In this document: positions 1 through 10,910 of the stretch, piece after piece
How the letters are laid out: every line of letters starts with the position of its first letter
Position numbering within the stretch: the stretch's first letter is position 1
Origin: Octopus vulgaris
Taxonomy: Eukaryota
DNA length: 64,000 bases
Direction: 5' to 3'
Assembly: GCA_951406725.2 (NCBI GenBank)
Contig: OX597824.1
Location: 35,898,001 to 35,962,000, forward strand
Translations under genes and position numbers: made by a program
The notes under the pieces: model-generated
Told to the model about the DNA's origin: nothing
The model's input: only the letters and a program-made list of their open reading frames with translations
The model's database searches: none

Positions 1-445
1 TCTATGTCCCCGTGCAAGATACAGCCATAGGCTGGATAAAATAGATATAGAACAAACAAAAAGAATAGATAAAAAATTGTACAATATATAAAAATATTGA
101 TATACAATATATACATAAAATATACAATATGGAATACATAAGATTGACATACAATATATACAATTTCAAAACAATATACAATATGAACACTGATGCTGAA
201 ATGCAATATGTACAATACACACAAACACTCCACAAACATACATAGTTGAATGGCCGTTGACTGCATTGTAGTTCCTCCACCCTTTGACGGGTCTTATTTT
301 TTGTCCCGCAGGGTGTTCAACATGCACCCACCTCACCAAGCAAGCCTGGTGTGGCTGCCAGTTTAGTCGCTGCTGACCCGACCATGAAACAGGTTGTACT
401 GGAGTACATGGTACAACTAGCAGTCAAGAGCAATCTGACATAATG

Positions 446-478
<33 letters not shown>

Positions 479-1059
479 GTATATATTATATATATATGAA
501 CACCCTATCTGGAAAATTCCCCAGGGCTTTGTTTGAGACCTGTAGGACCATTTCTAATGTTTGGCCTCTCCAATTGATTGCTTCCTTCTTTTTCATTTCT
601 AGAATCGTTACCGCTTCTTCGACATCATAAATAACAGCTGCCACCACCCACATTACATGATATCCTGCTGGAATTTCGTCGATTACAACCTTCGCTGTTC
701 TGCAGCACAAGTACATGGGTAGTAGAATTATTTCATCATTCTTGAGGGTCCTTGTTGAGACCTCCTTGACTACGTTAGCCGTTTCGAACTGTGCTTCAAC
801 AGTAGCACTTCTTGTTCCACGGCTAACGTAGCATATTAAATTCCATATTTAATAAAACGTACATGTCTAAATAGCTCAGGAACAGATTATATACTCAGCT
901 GGGTCTAATTGCCTGCATGTACTACAAGAATATCATTCTGCCAGTACTTCTATACCAAGGTTGATATTTGCATAGTATTGTTGTGTGTGTATATTATTCC
1001 AATCTAACGTGGTGCCTCAACTTAAGTACTTAATACAACTGAATCTTACTTATATTATG

Positions 1060-1360
1060 TGTGTTGTTTGTTCCTTCTCGAGCTATGCCTGGCTCAAAAG
1101 GGCCAGTTTCCCGGTTTCCTTGGTGTATAGGTTTCCCACCTGGATGGGATGCCAGTCCATCGCAGGTGAGCTGCTAGATGCAGGAGGAAAGAGTGAGAAA
1201 AAGTTGTGGCGAAAGACTCAGCAGAGGTTCGCCATTACCTTCTGCTGGAACCACGTGGAGCTTAGGTGTTTTGCTCATAAACACACACATCGCCCAGTCT
1301 GAGATTCAAACTCACGATCCCTCAACCGCAAGTCCGCTGCTCTAACCACTAGGCCATGTG
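1060..1360 (-). mobile_element. tRNA-derived SINE
   Basis: Minus strand starts CACATGGCCTAGTGGTTAGAGCAGCGGAC..GAGTTTGAATCTC (A/B boxes); homologous to the copy at 12688-12960. Confidence 0.85.
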
Positions 1361-1439
1361 TGTGTGTGTGTGTGTGTGTTTGTGCGTGTGTGTGTTTGTG
1401 CGTGTGTGTGTAAATATATGATAAAAAAAATATATTTAA

Positions 1440-1659
1440 CCCTTTAGTGTTCATATTATTCTGTCAAATGTGATGTTTGTTTATTTATATTGTTTTGAAT
1501 TAATCATGCATTATCTTGTAGTTTAGAGATTACAGTGATGTGATTTTTTAGTTTTAGAATGACATGGTAGGGCTGAGGTGAGAGGTGGGATCTGGTCAGT
1601 TTCAATATAAAACAGATTAAATATTTTGGCCGGATATGGCTGGTTTGAATGCTAAAGGG
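1440..1659. mobile_element. piggyBac-like MITE (TTAA TSD)
   Basis: TTAA|CCCTTTAG...CTAAAGGG|TTAA. Reverse-complement sibling at 38428-38647; partial copies near 15540-15710 and 52700-52875. Confidence 0.8.
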
Positions 1660-2130
1660 TTAAAAAGAAGTGAAATTGTTGTTATTTAGCCTCCAGTAAT
1701 CTATGATCAAAAAACATTCCATCTATGACAAGCTAGTCTCTTGTTTTCTCATTATACTTAAGACAACATTATCCCATGTATCCTTTCCAATTTCAAGTGA
1801 TGGGATATGATTTGATACAAGATTTAGCTGTTATTTGCTGACAAAATAAATATTCTATGACTTAATTACAACACTTGTTCTAAACAGAATTAAAAATAAG
1901 TATTTACACCCTCCTTGGTAAGTTATGTTGAATAAGTTTTAAAGCATTTAATATTCTCTGGAACGATGCCACAGTTGTCTGGTTGAGGCTTAGATATACA
2001 AACATGTTGAACTTGTCTGTCAATCAATTGGCTCAAAAAACAAAGCCAAGGTGATAACTAAATAATTATTTACTGATCTGATGTATGTTTGTGTGACATA
2101 TTGACATCAACTCAAATACTCTGACATGTC

Positions 2131-2470
2131 ATACATGCATACATACATACATACACACACACACACATACATACATACATGCACACATACATACATACAT
2201 ACATACATGCACACATACATACATGCACACATACATGCACACATACATACATACATACACACATACATACATACATACATACATACATACATGCACACAT
2301 ACATACATACATACATGCACACATACATACATACATACATACATACATACATACATACATACACACATACACACATACATACATATACACATACATACAT
2401 ACATACATACATACATACATGCATACATACATACATACATACATACATACATACATACATACATACATAC
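2131..2470. repeat. (CATA)n microsatellite
   Basis: Direct reading; explains the HTYI/MYVC ORFs. Confidence 0.97.
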
Positions 2471-2474
2471 AGTG

Positions 2475-2655
2475 AACCTGTATGCCCTACACACATTTTT
2501 CTCACTTTGTTTTTTTACCTCTTAAAACTTCCCGTCGAAGAGCAAAGGCTTTAAACACAAAAGACTTTTCCATTCTTCCCAAGCATTAAACTACTACACC
2601 TGTTTGTTGTTCTTTCACCTGTCTTCATCTTTTGTTTCCTGTAAATTTGAACTAT
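2475..2655 (+). mobile_element. Short PLE-type repeat with degenerate hammerhead-like motif
   Basis: Homologous to the reverse complement of 3600-3780; CCGTCGAAGAGCAAAGGCTTTAAAC core; microsatellite-flanked. Confidence 0.5.
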
Positions 2656-2849
2656 ACTCACAATTTCTTGTTTTGATATGTAATTACTCTGCAAATACTA
2701 TTTTGCTAGTATTTTTCAACCCTTATGCATACCTCACACATATATAACATCTGCTCTAGAGATAACAATTTTGGAGTACTGGACTATGCAGACATGTTTC
2801 ACAAGGACCACAAGGATACTGCTTGGATTATAATCCTATTGGCATAATT

Positions 2850-2895
<46 letters not shown>

Positions 2896-2921
2896 ACACA
2901 CGTATATATATGTGTATATAT

Positions 2922-3537
2922 CATCATCATCATCATCATCATCATTTAACGTCCGCTTTCCATGCTAGCATGGGTTGGACGGTTCAACTGGGGTCTGGGG
3001 AGCCCGAAAGCTGCACCAGTCCAGTCAGATCTGGCAGTGTTTCTACAGCTGGATGCCCTTCCTAACGCCAACCACTCCGAGAGTGTAGTGGGTGATTTTA
3101 TGTGCCACCGACACAGGTGCCAGACGAGGCTGGCAAACGGCCACGCTCGGATGGTGTTTTTTATGTGCCACCGACACAGGTGCCAGACGAGGCTGGCAGA
3201 CGGCCACGCTCGGATGGTGTTTTTTATGTGCCACCGACACAGGTGCCAGACGAGGCTGGCAGACGGCCACGCTCGGATGGTGTTTTTATGTGCCACCGAC
3301 ACAGGTGCCAGACGAGGCTGGCAGACGGCCACGCTCGGATGGTGTTTTTATGTGCCACCGACACAGGTGCCAGATGAGGCTGGCAAACGGCCACGATCGG
3401 ATGGTGCTTGTTATGTGCCCACAGCACAGAGGCCAGTCGATGCGGTACTGGCTACGGCCACGTTCGGATGGTTTTCTTATGTGCCACGTGCCACCGGCAC
3501 TGGTACCACAAAGATACAAATTCCATTGATGTTCATC

Positions 3538-3540
<3 letters not shown>
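2922..3540 (-). mobile_element. Non-autonomous retroelement with (GAT)n tail and internal 62-63 bp minisatellite
   Basis: Minus strand ends CCCATGCTAGCATGGAAAGCGGACGTTAAATGATGATG. Five tandem units at ~3096-3406 plus one diverged unit. Second copy at 24860-25380. Confidence 0.85.
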
Positions 3541-3574
<34 letters not shown>

Positions 3575-3599
3575 TGTATATATATATATATATATATCT

Positions 3600-3780
3600 A
3601 TAGGGAGAGTTTACGAAAAAAACAAAAGATGAAGACAGGTGGTGTACAAAACAAACAGGTGTATTAGTATAACGCTCAGGAATAGAAAAAGTCTTTTACG
3701 TTTTGAGTCTGTGCTCTTCTACAGAAAGGGACACAGAAAAAACAAGGAGAGAAAATAATGTGTGTAGTGGCTAACGATGG
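3600..3780 (-). mobile_element. Short PLE-type repeat with degenerate hammerhead-like motif
   Basis: Minus strand TTT CTGTAGA AGAGCACAGACTC AAAA CG TA AAAG; abuts (TA)n; homologous to 2475-2655. Confidence 0.5.
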
Positions 3781-4304
3781 TGCAGCCATCTGGTTCGCCA
3801 GACCTCAGTCAAATCATCCAACCCATGCTAGCATGGAAAACGGACGTTAGACGATGATGATGATGATATATATATATATATATTATAATTTAGAACAAAC
3901 AGTATGTTGTCATTATAGTACTTGGAGTTTGGAATGTCAGAGTGAAGAGCTTCGATGCATTCTTGTCTGCTATTAATGGCAATAGACGCTATGAAAAACC
4001 GGTAGGAAAAGAAAAAAAGAAAAAGTATAAAAAATATATGCAACCATATTCTCACAATACACAGACATTAAACCTCCTGCGTTCATAACGTCTACATACA
4101 TACCCACTCATACAAACATGTATATGTACATGCACATACATGCACAAACATATATGTGCATGTATGTACTCATACATACACACATACCCACACACATGCA
4201 TGCACACATGTATATGTATGTATATGTGTATACAGCTTCATCTTCATATACACATAGGTGTTTGCATGCATTCACATAACATAATACATACATATTTGGA
4301 CATT

Positions 4305-4377
<73 letters not shown>

Positions 4378-4428
4378 AAATCATCATCATTATCGAAAGC
4401 AGACATTAAACGATGATGATGATCATTT

Positions 4429-4493
<65 letters not shown>

Positions 4494-4665
4494 TGTTTTT
4501 TCTTCAAAAACTATGTCACTGTATGAAAAAAATTTATAACATCCTTCTGACATAATGACTCAAATATATATTTTTTAACCTTTTAAAACAAGCCTTCTGT
4601 AGTTTTTTCACTTTTTACTATTTTCTATATTTTCAACCACGTGCTTTCACACACCAACTTTCTCA

Positions 4666-4733
<68 letters not shown>

Positions 4734-4737
4734 TATA

Positions 4738-4809
<72 letters not shown>

Positions 4810-5019
4810 AGTATAGGACAATCAGTAAGTTGCCATAATAGAACTCAAATAAGTACTGGGATCAATATGTTCGACTAAACCCTTTAGGATGGTTTCCCAG
4901 CATGACTAGTCCAATGACTAAATGAAGAAAATGAAAAAAGATAGTATGCATACATACATACATACAGCTCCTGTGTTACACACAAGACATACAATGTTGG
5001 TAGGGAAACTCCTGCAACT

Positions 5020-7500
5020 GTGATCCAGAAACTCCAGGATGGAAAAGCACCTTGAAGAGATTTGATTGTTGGATATTGGTACAAGAAGCTAACCTTCTTC
5101 CAATCATATCTTATCAATCTGTACCAGCATGCTATCAATGGGAACAGTAGCATACCACACTGGTTAGCTGTGGCAGAGACAAAATTGATCCCCAAATGCA
5201 GAACTACCAGCATGGCAAAAAATTACTGGCCTATTGCATGCCAGAACTTTTTGTATAAGATTTATACAGCATGTTTAAACTTCTTCCTCTAGGACCATTG
5301 TGAAACCAATAACATCATCACAGCAGAACAAGCGGCTGGGGAGAAGTGTTTAGGAATGTGCCCAGCAATTGTTAATCAACAAAACTGTGATATCAGAAGT
5401 GCAAGAACATAGGAGGAACCTAGTTTCAATGTGGCTAAACTACAAAAAAGCCTTTGACTATGTTCCCCAGTCATTGATGCTAGAAGAAAGTTCCTGTGAG
5501 CTTAGTCAAACCCATTGCTAACCTGGCTTCTTTGTGAGCCACCACTTTGAAATTAAGCACAAAGAGTGTGGGAACAAATTTAGCAATTTTTGGCAAAAAA
5601 TGTACCCTTTTGCCAAGTTATAACAAAAAGTTAGTGAAATATTTAAAATGTTTACAGTTGGATAGATAGACAAATATAACAAAATAATTTGACAAAAAAT
5701 GTGAATTTTTAATTATTTTCTGAGATTTTACAAAAACAGCAAAAATATTATTAAAGAAAAATATTTTTAAATTATAGAATACAATATCACAAAAGTATAT
5801 TCCAAGGGGACATCCTCTCAATGATCTTATTTATACTTTCTGTAAACCCCTTGTCATTCATATTAAGGAAGTCTGAAGGATATCTCACTGATTCACAAGG
5901 AAACAGAAATATCAAAATTACACACTGTTTCTTTGTGGATGACTTGAAACTTTATGCAAAGAATATGCATGAGATGAAAAAGAGTCTTGAACTTGGTACA
6001 ACATTCTCAAAGGATGTAGGGTTCGAGTTTGGTCAGGATAAATGTTAGTATATGGTTGTAAAAAGGGAGAAAACTGTAAACCAGACTAGCAACATCTCCA
6101 TCAATGTTTTGACTGTTTCCCCTATATCTGACAAGGAATGTTACAGATATCTAGGGGTGGATGAAAATATATTACAACAGAATCTGTAACAAAACATGTA
6201 TCACTAAATGTTTCAGCTGAATAAAGAAAATTTGGACCTCAGAACTCTCTGCATTCAATAAAACAGTGGCCCACTGTGTGTTTGAAGCGTCAGTACTCAT
6301 ACCAACATTTGGGCTGCTCGACTGGATGCTTGATGAGATCTAAGCCAATGTATCATCAGATAAAAGGACGAGCCTATATGAGCAGATAGTAACATTGATA
6401 ATCAAAGTGGTCTATCATGGACCAATAGCTGGATTACTAACTTCCACTTTGAAGGGTATGCATTTGCAATCCAGGAACAGGAAATAGCAACTAAATACCT
6501 GATGCACAAAAGGGATAGAAATGTATGAAAAACAGTAAAATGTGAAAACCAATGCAGACTTTGTGGAGTTTATGCCAAAGATATCACCCACATCATAAAC
6601 AGTTGTCCGAAAATGTCATCCTGGTATTATCTACTGATGAGACATGATGTAGTTAGGACACTATATAATGAAATCTATCAGAAGGATAACCCCGACAACA
6701 AAGACAGAAGAACCCACAATATGCTAGAAGCCATAGCCACTCATAATAAAAAGGAGTACTGGTGGAATGTCCCAGTGAAGACCTCAATAAAATGTAAGCA
6801 CAACAGATCTGATGTAATGGTTTGGGATAGAGATGAGAAACTGTGTACAGTTGTGGAAATTAGCTGCCCAGTGAATGTTAACATAAAGCTGAGTGGAGGC
6901 GCAATGGCCCAGTGGTTAAGGCAGCGGACTCGCGGTCGTAGGATCGCAGTTTCGATTCCCAGACCGGGCGTTGTGAATGTTTATTGAGTGAAAACACCTA
7001 AAGCTCCACGAGGCTCCGGCAGGGGATGGTGGTGATCCCTGCTGTACTCTTTCACCACGACTCTCTCTCTCTCTTACTTCCTGTTTCTGTTGTACCTGTA
7101 TTTCAAAGGGCCGGCCTTGTCACTCTCTGAGTCACGCTGAATATCCCCGAGAGCTATGTTAAGGGTACACGTGTCTGTGGAGTGCTCAGCCACTTACACG
7201 TTAATTTCACGAGCAGGCTGTTCCGTTGATTCAGATCAACCGGAACCCTCGTCGTCGGAACCGACGGAGTGATTCCATCATCAACATAAAGCTGAAGATC
7301 TGCGGAAAAGAAAATACCTACGTTAAACTATTGAGAAATCTGCAGTTACTCTATCCAGATTACAAGTTCAGATTTAAACCTGTAATTATTGGGGCTCTGG
7401 GATATGTGACACACTATCTAAATACCAATCTTGAGAAATTAGGCTTCTCAAACTGTAAAAATCTGTAAAACTTTTCAGAAGTTTATCATTTAAATATATA
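5020..7500 (+). mobile_element. Degraded non-LTR retrotransposon with RT and restriction-like endonuclease (R4/Dong-like)
   Basis: Fragments KLQDGKAP*RDLIVGYWYKKL, TKLIPK..NYWPIAC, YKKAFD, FILSVNPLS..ITHCFFVDDLKLY, CRLC..ITHIINSC..RHD, WWNVPVKT..HNRSDVMVWD..VVEISCP. Many stops and frameshifts; interrupted by an AT-rich insert (~5570-5790) and a SINE. Confidence 0.88.
6893..7282 (+). mobile_element. tRNA-derived SINE inserted in the LINE, 13-bp TSD
   Basis: A box TGGCCCAGTGG, B box GTTTCGATTCC; TSD AACATAAAGCTGA at 6880-6892 and 7283-7295. Confidence 0.92.
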
Positions 7501-7531
7501 TGAGCATGTCTAGATATGCAACTATATAAGT

Positions 7532-7807
7532 GCAGGAGTGGCTGTGTAGCTTGCTTACCAACTACATGGTTCCAGGTTCAGTCCCACAGTGTGACACCTT
7601 TGACAAGTGTCTTCTACTATAGCCTTAGGCCGACCAAAGCCTTGTGAATAGATTTGGTAGACAGAAACTGAAAGAAGCCCGTTAAGCAACAAGAATGAAT
7701 CCGGTAATTTAGTACAATTGTTTCATACATATGGGTGACACCATAAAAAAATTTTGGTGCATCTAAATTAAGTACCATATTCATTTGAATCTAAATTGTT
7801 TGCTGAA

Positions 7808-7871
<64 letters not shown>

Positions 7872-8085
7872 TGTGTGTGTGTGTTTGTGTTTATCCCCCA
7901 ACATCGCTTGACAACTGATACTGGTATGTTTACGTCCCCGTAACTTAGCACATCGGCAAAAGAGACCGATAGAATAAGTATTAGGCTTAAGAATAAGTCT
8001 TGGGGTCGATTTGCTCAACTAAAGGTGGAGCTCCAGTATGGCCGTAGTCAAATGACTGAAACAAATAAAAGAATAAAAGAATATA
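7532..8085 (+). mobile_element. SINE family A (GGAGTGGCTGTG head, internal TA/TG tract), interrupted at ~7684-7808
   Basis: Homologous to 21648-22060, 36767-37108 and the reverse complement of 19700-20092. Confidence 0.8.
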
Positions 8086-8095
8086 AGCATGAGAA

Positions 8096-8163
8096 TACAT
8101 ACATACATACATACATACATACATACATACATACATACATACATACATACATACATACATACA

Positions 8164-8194
<31 letters not shown>

Positions 8195-8210
8195 GTATAT
8201 ATATATATAT
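8096..8210. repeat. (CATA)n/(TA)n microsatellite
   Basis: Direct reading. Confidence 0.95.
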
Positions 8211-9725
8211 GTAAAATTTGGAAACCCTCTTCAGTCGTAGGTCTGCTAATTCAGTAAACAACAATCATTACTTCACAACTTTTTCTTGTCTTTTTCTTTT
8301 TTTTTTTTTTTTTTGCTGACGTCTCACTTTAAAGAAAATAGTATTTTTGCGCACTTCGTGCATAAAAATCAAACAGCGCACTAGAAAAGGTATTCATATA
8401 TTTAATCCATGAATTATGATCTAAATAAGGATAATTAAGTACTTCTTTATTTAGTAAACAAAACAGTTACTATTATATTGTATTTAAAGTTTTAGCTTTC
8501 TTGTTCATAAAATGTAATTTTTTTTCGACGCACCTTGCTATATTTCACGACACATCAGCGTGTCGAGGTGCGCAGATCAGGAATCGGATTTATACTCTCT
8601 ATTACTTTCTAAAGACATACACTTTAAACCGTTGGCATCGTGCGCTATCGCAGGAGATAATTATTGCTTTTAACATATACAATATAAATAGAAACATTAT
8701 TGTCCCTAAATCTCTCAATGAGAGATATACAGTAGCAGTACTTTAAAGTAATTTAAAGTAAAGCTTTACATATACAATATCTTTTCTTTTTATTACTTCT
8801 GGCAGTTCATAATAATAGAATTTCCTAGTGTTAAATATTGATTGATCCAATATTTGGATCCTGCGCTCATTTTAAGTTCTGCTAATATACCAGAAGCAAC
8901 TACATCCTACATCTAAGTATTGTTGTCTTCTGTTAATTCATTCATTAACACATTTTTCATGACATTTCTATACCTTTATTGCAACTTAATAGAGAAAAAA
9001 AAAATGACATTTATTTTGTGGAATCAAATAAAATCACATAGAGACATTCACGATATATCAATTATAATGTCATAATGGTTTTGTCTTTGGGGAAAATTAA
9101 ATATATTCTTTAAAAGGAAAAGAAATAATAATGAATTACGTCAAGCTCTCAAGGTGGCCTGTACGTGGTCGATAGAAGTGCTAAAAATAGCAGACAAATC
9201 TCTTGCATCTTAGCTCCTCTAAAGGATATGTGGTTGTAGATACATTATTTGCAGGGAAAAAAAGACAGGATGATCACGATTGGAATGATGCATTCGATAA
9301 AATGTTTTGATTAAGGTTAACCAGGGACGAAATAACATAAAAGCCAGTAATTTTTACGATAGTCAGTCCTCTATTCAAGTTTTCCATTTTCATATCTACA
9401 TACTTCATAATCTATTTTTAATTCTAGCAACCCGTCAGCTAGACTTTATTTTCATAACAATAACATTGATAAAAAGGTGTTTTATTCCAGGTCATCAGCT
9501 GCTGACATCAAGTCTGTTGAATTTATAGAAATTGTAAGGCTGTAGCTGGTACAATAAATACGTAGGTGATTTGGAGGGAATATAATAAAAACTGAAGTTT
9601 ATTGATATTAAAGAAACTTCGAGAAAAAAGATACGGTGGTTGGTGCTCGAATACGAAACTAACTTGAAGTGATACCGAGGCTATATAACAGCAGCAGTGA
9701 AACATAAATAATAATTTGCTCCAAA

Positions 9726-9770
9726 ATGGATGCTAATAGTGGTGAGAAGTATCTTTATTTTAGTAAATGA
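9726..9770 (+). promoter_or_regulatory. Candidate uORF ([14 protein letters not shown]) whose stop overlaps the ZFYVE1 ATG
   Basis: AAAATGG context at 9723-9729, 14 codons, TGA at 9768-9770 overlapping ATG 9767-9769. Only relevant if the transcription start lies upstream of 9726. Confidence 0.45.
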
Positions 9771-10624
9771 TGATCCCAAGGTCATCATCATCGACGACAG
9801 CTTCCTCAAAGGTGAGATCGTCTCGAGAATTCTGTCAGGAACGGCTTTGCTGTCCCCAGGACCGGACGGAAGCTGATTTCAGATGTGATAAATGTGGTAC
9901 ACTTCAATGTAAGGACTGTGAAAAAACCATACATCACAATTCTAAGTTTGTATGTCATGAAAGACAGCCATTGGCACCACCACCGTCGTCAAAGCTTTGC
10001 GCTAGTTCATTTTGTGACAACAAGAACTATGCTGATGTCCGCTGTGAAGATTGTCAATTAAATTTGTGCTACCAGTGCAATGAAGCCTTACATCGCTCTA
10101 ATAGCAGACGGTGCTCCCATAGGCGACTTCGCTTCCGTGACTACGAGAAAAAAGCTCAGCAACCAACCCTAGTTTCATTAGTGCACCCAACTCCTAATAC
10201 AAGTTCACTTCCTCAATGTTCAGATCAAAGCCAGCCAGCCACTCTGCTACTTCAAACAACGAGCAATAATAACAATAGCACCATTTCTAACACGGCAAGT
10301 GCAGCCACAGTGTTTACTTGTAATCCAATTATTAAACCTTTATCTCCTATCGGTGACAATGATGATTCCCTAACTTATGTGACTCTGCCACAAGAGCTTG
10401 CACAAACTCTGCCCGAAACAGAAATGTCCTTCTCTAGTGCCCATTCTGATTCTAGTATACAAAGTATTCCTGATGTGTGTATCAACGAAAAAGATATGGC
10501 GACAACCTCGAAGGAAGTTGACAAAAAACTACCCCAAACGGGCTCCACTGCTCAAAACAAAAACAAAGTGTCTTACGATGAATGTGTTTGCTTCAAACTT
10601 GTTGACGAAGAAGAAAAACTGCTC
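9767..10624 (+). CDS. ZFYVE1: ZFYVE1 exon 1: two B-box-like Zn fingers plus S/T/N/Q-rich linker
   Basis: ORF 9767.. contains [27 protein letters not shown] and [20 protein letters not shown], ending [11 protein letters not shown]. Donor CTC|GTAAGT, phase 0. The start ATG is the first in-frame one; an upstream exon is not excluded. Confidence 0.88.
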
Positions 10625-10858
10625 GTAAGTTCGTTGTCAATATTATTAATACCACTGTCAGCATTATTAATTAATTAATTTATCAACTAATCAATTCATT
10701 TATTATTATTATTATTTGAGTTAAAATTTGTCCGAAATTTACTTTGCTTTTCATCCCTCCGAGGTCGAAAAAAATCTAAGTGCCAGTTGAAGACTGAAGT
10801 CGATGGTTTAACTAATCCCCACCCTTGAAAATAGCTGATCTTGTTCCTAAATAAGAAA

Positions 10859-10910
<52 letters not shown>

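Noticed and set aside
3096-3410. CRISPR-like array of hairpin repeats
   Set aside because: Units are contiguous and identical along their whole length, with no unique spacers and no cas genes; this is a VNTR inside a eukaryotic retroelement.
2962-3603. 213-aa ORF with CHRHRCQ repeats
   Set aside because: It arises from the GC-rich 62-63 bp minisatellite; the frame shifts between units and several frames are open.
6893-6970. tRNA gene
   Set aside because: The tRNA-like head continues into a SINE body with TSDs and lacks a proper acceptor stem and terminator; the same holds for the other SINE heads.
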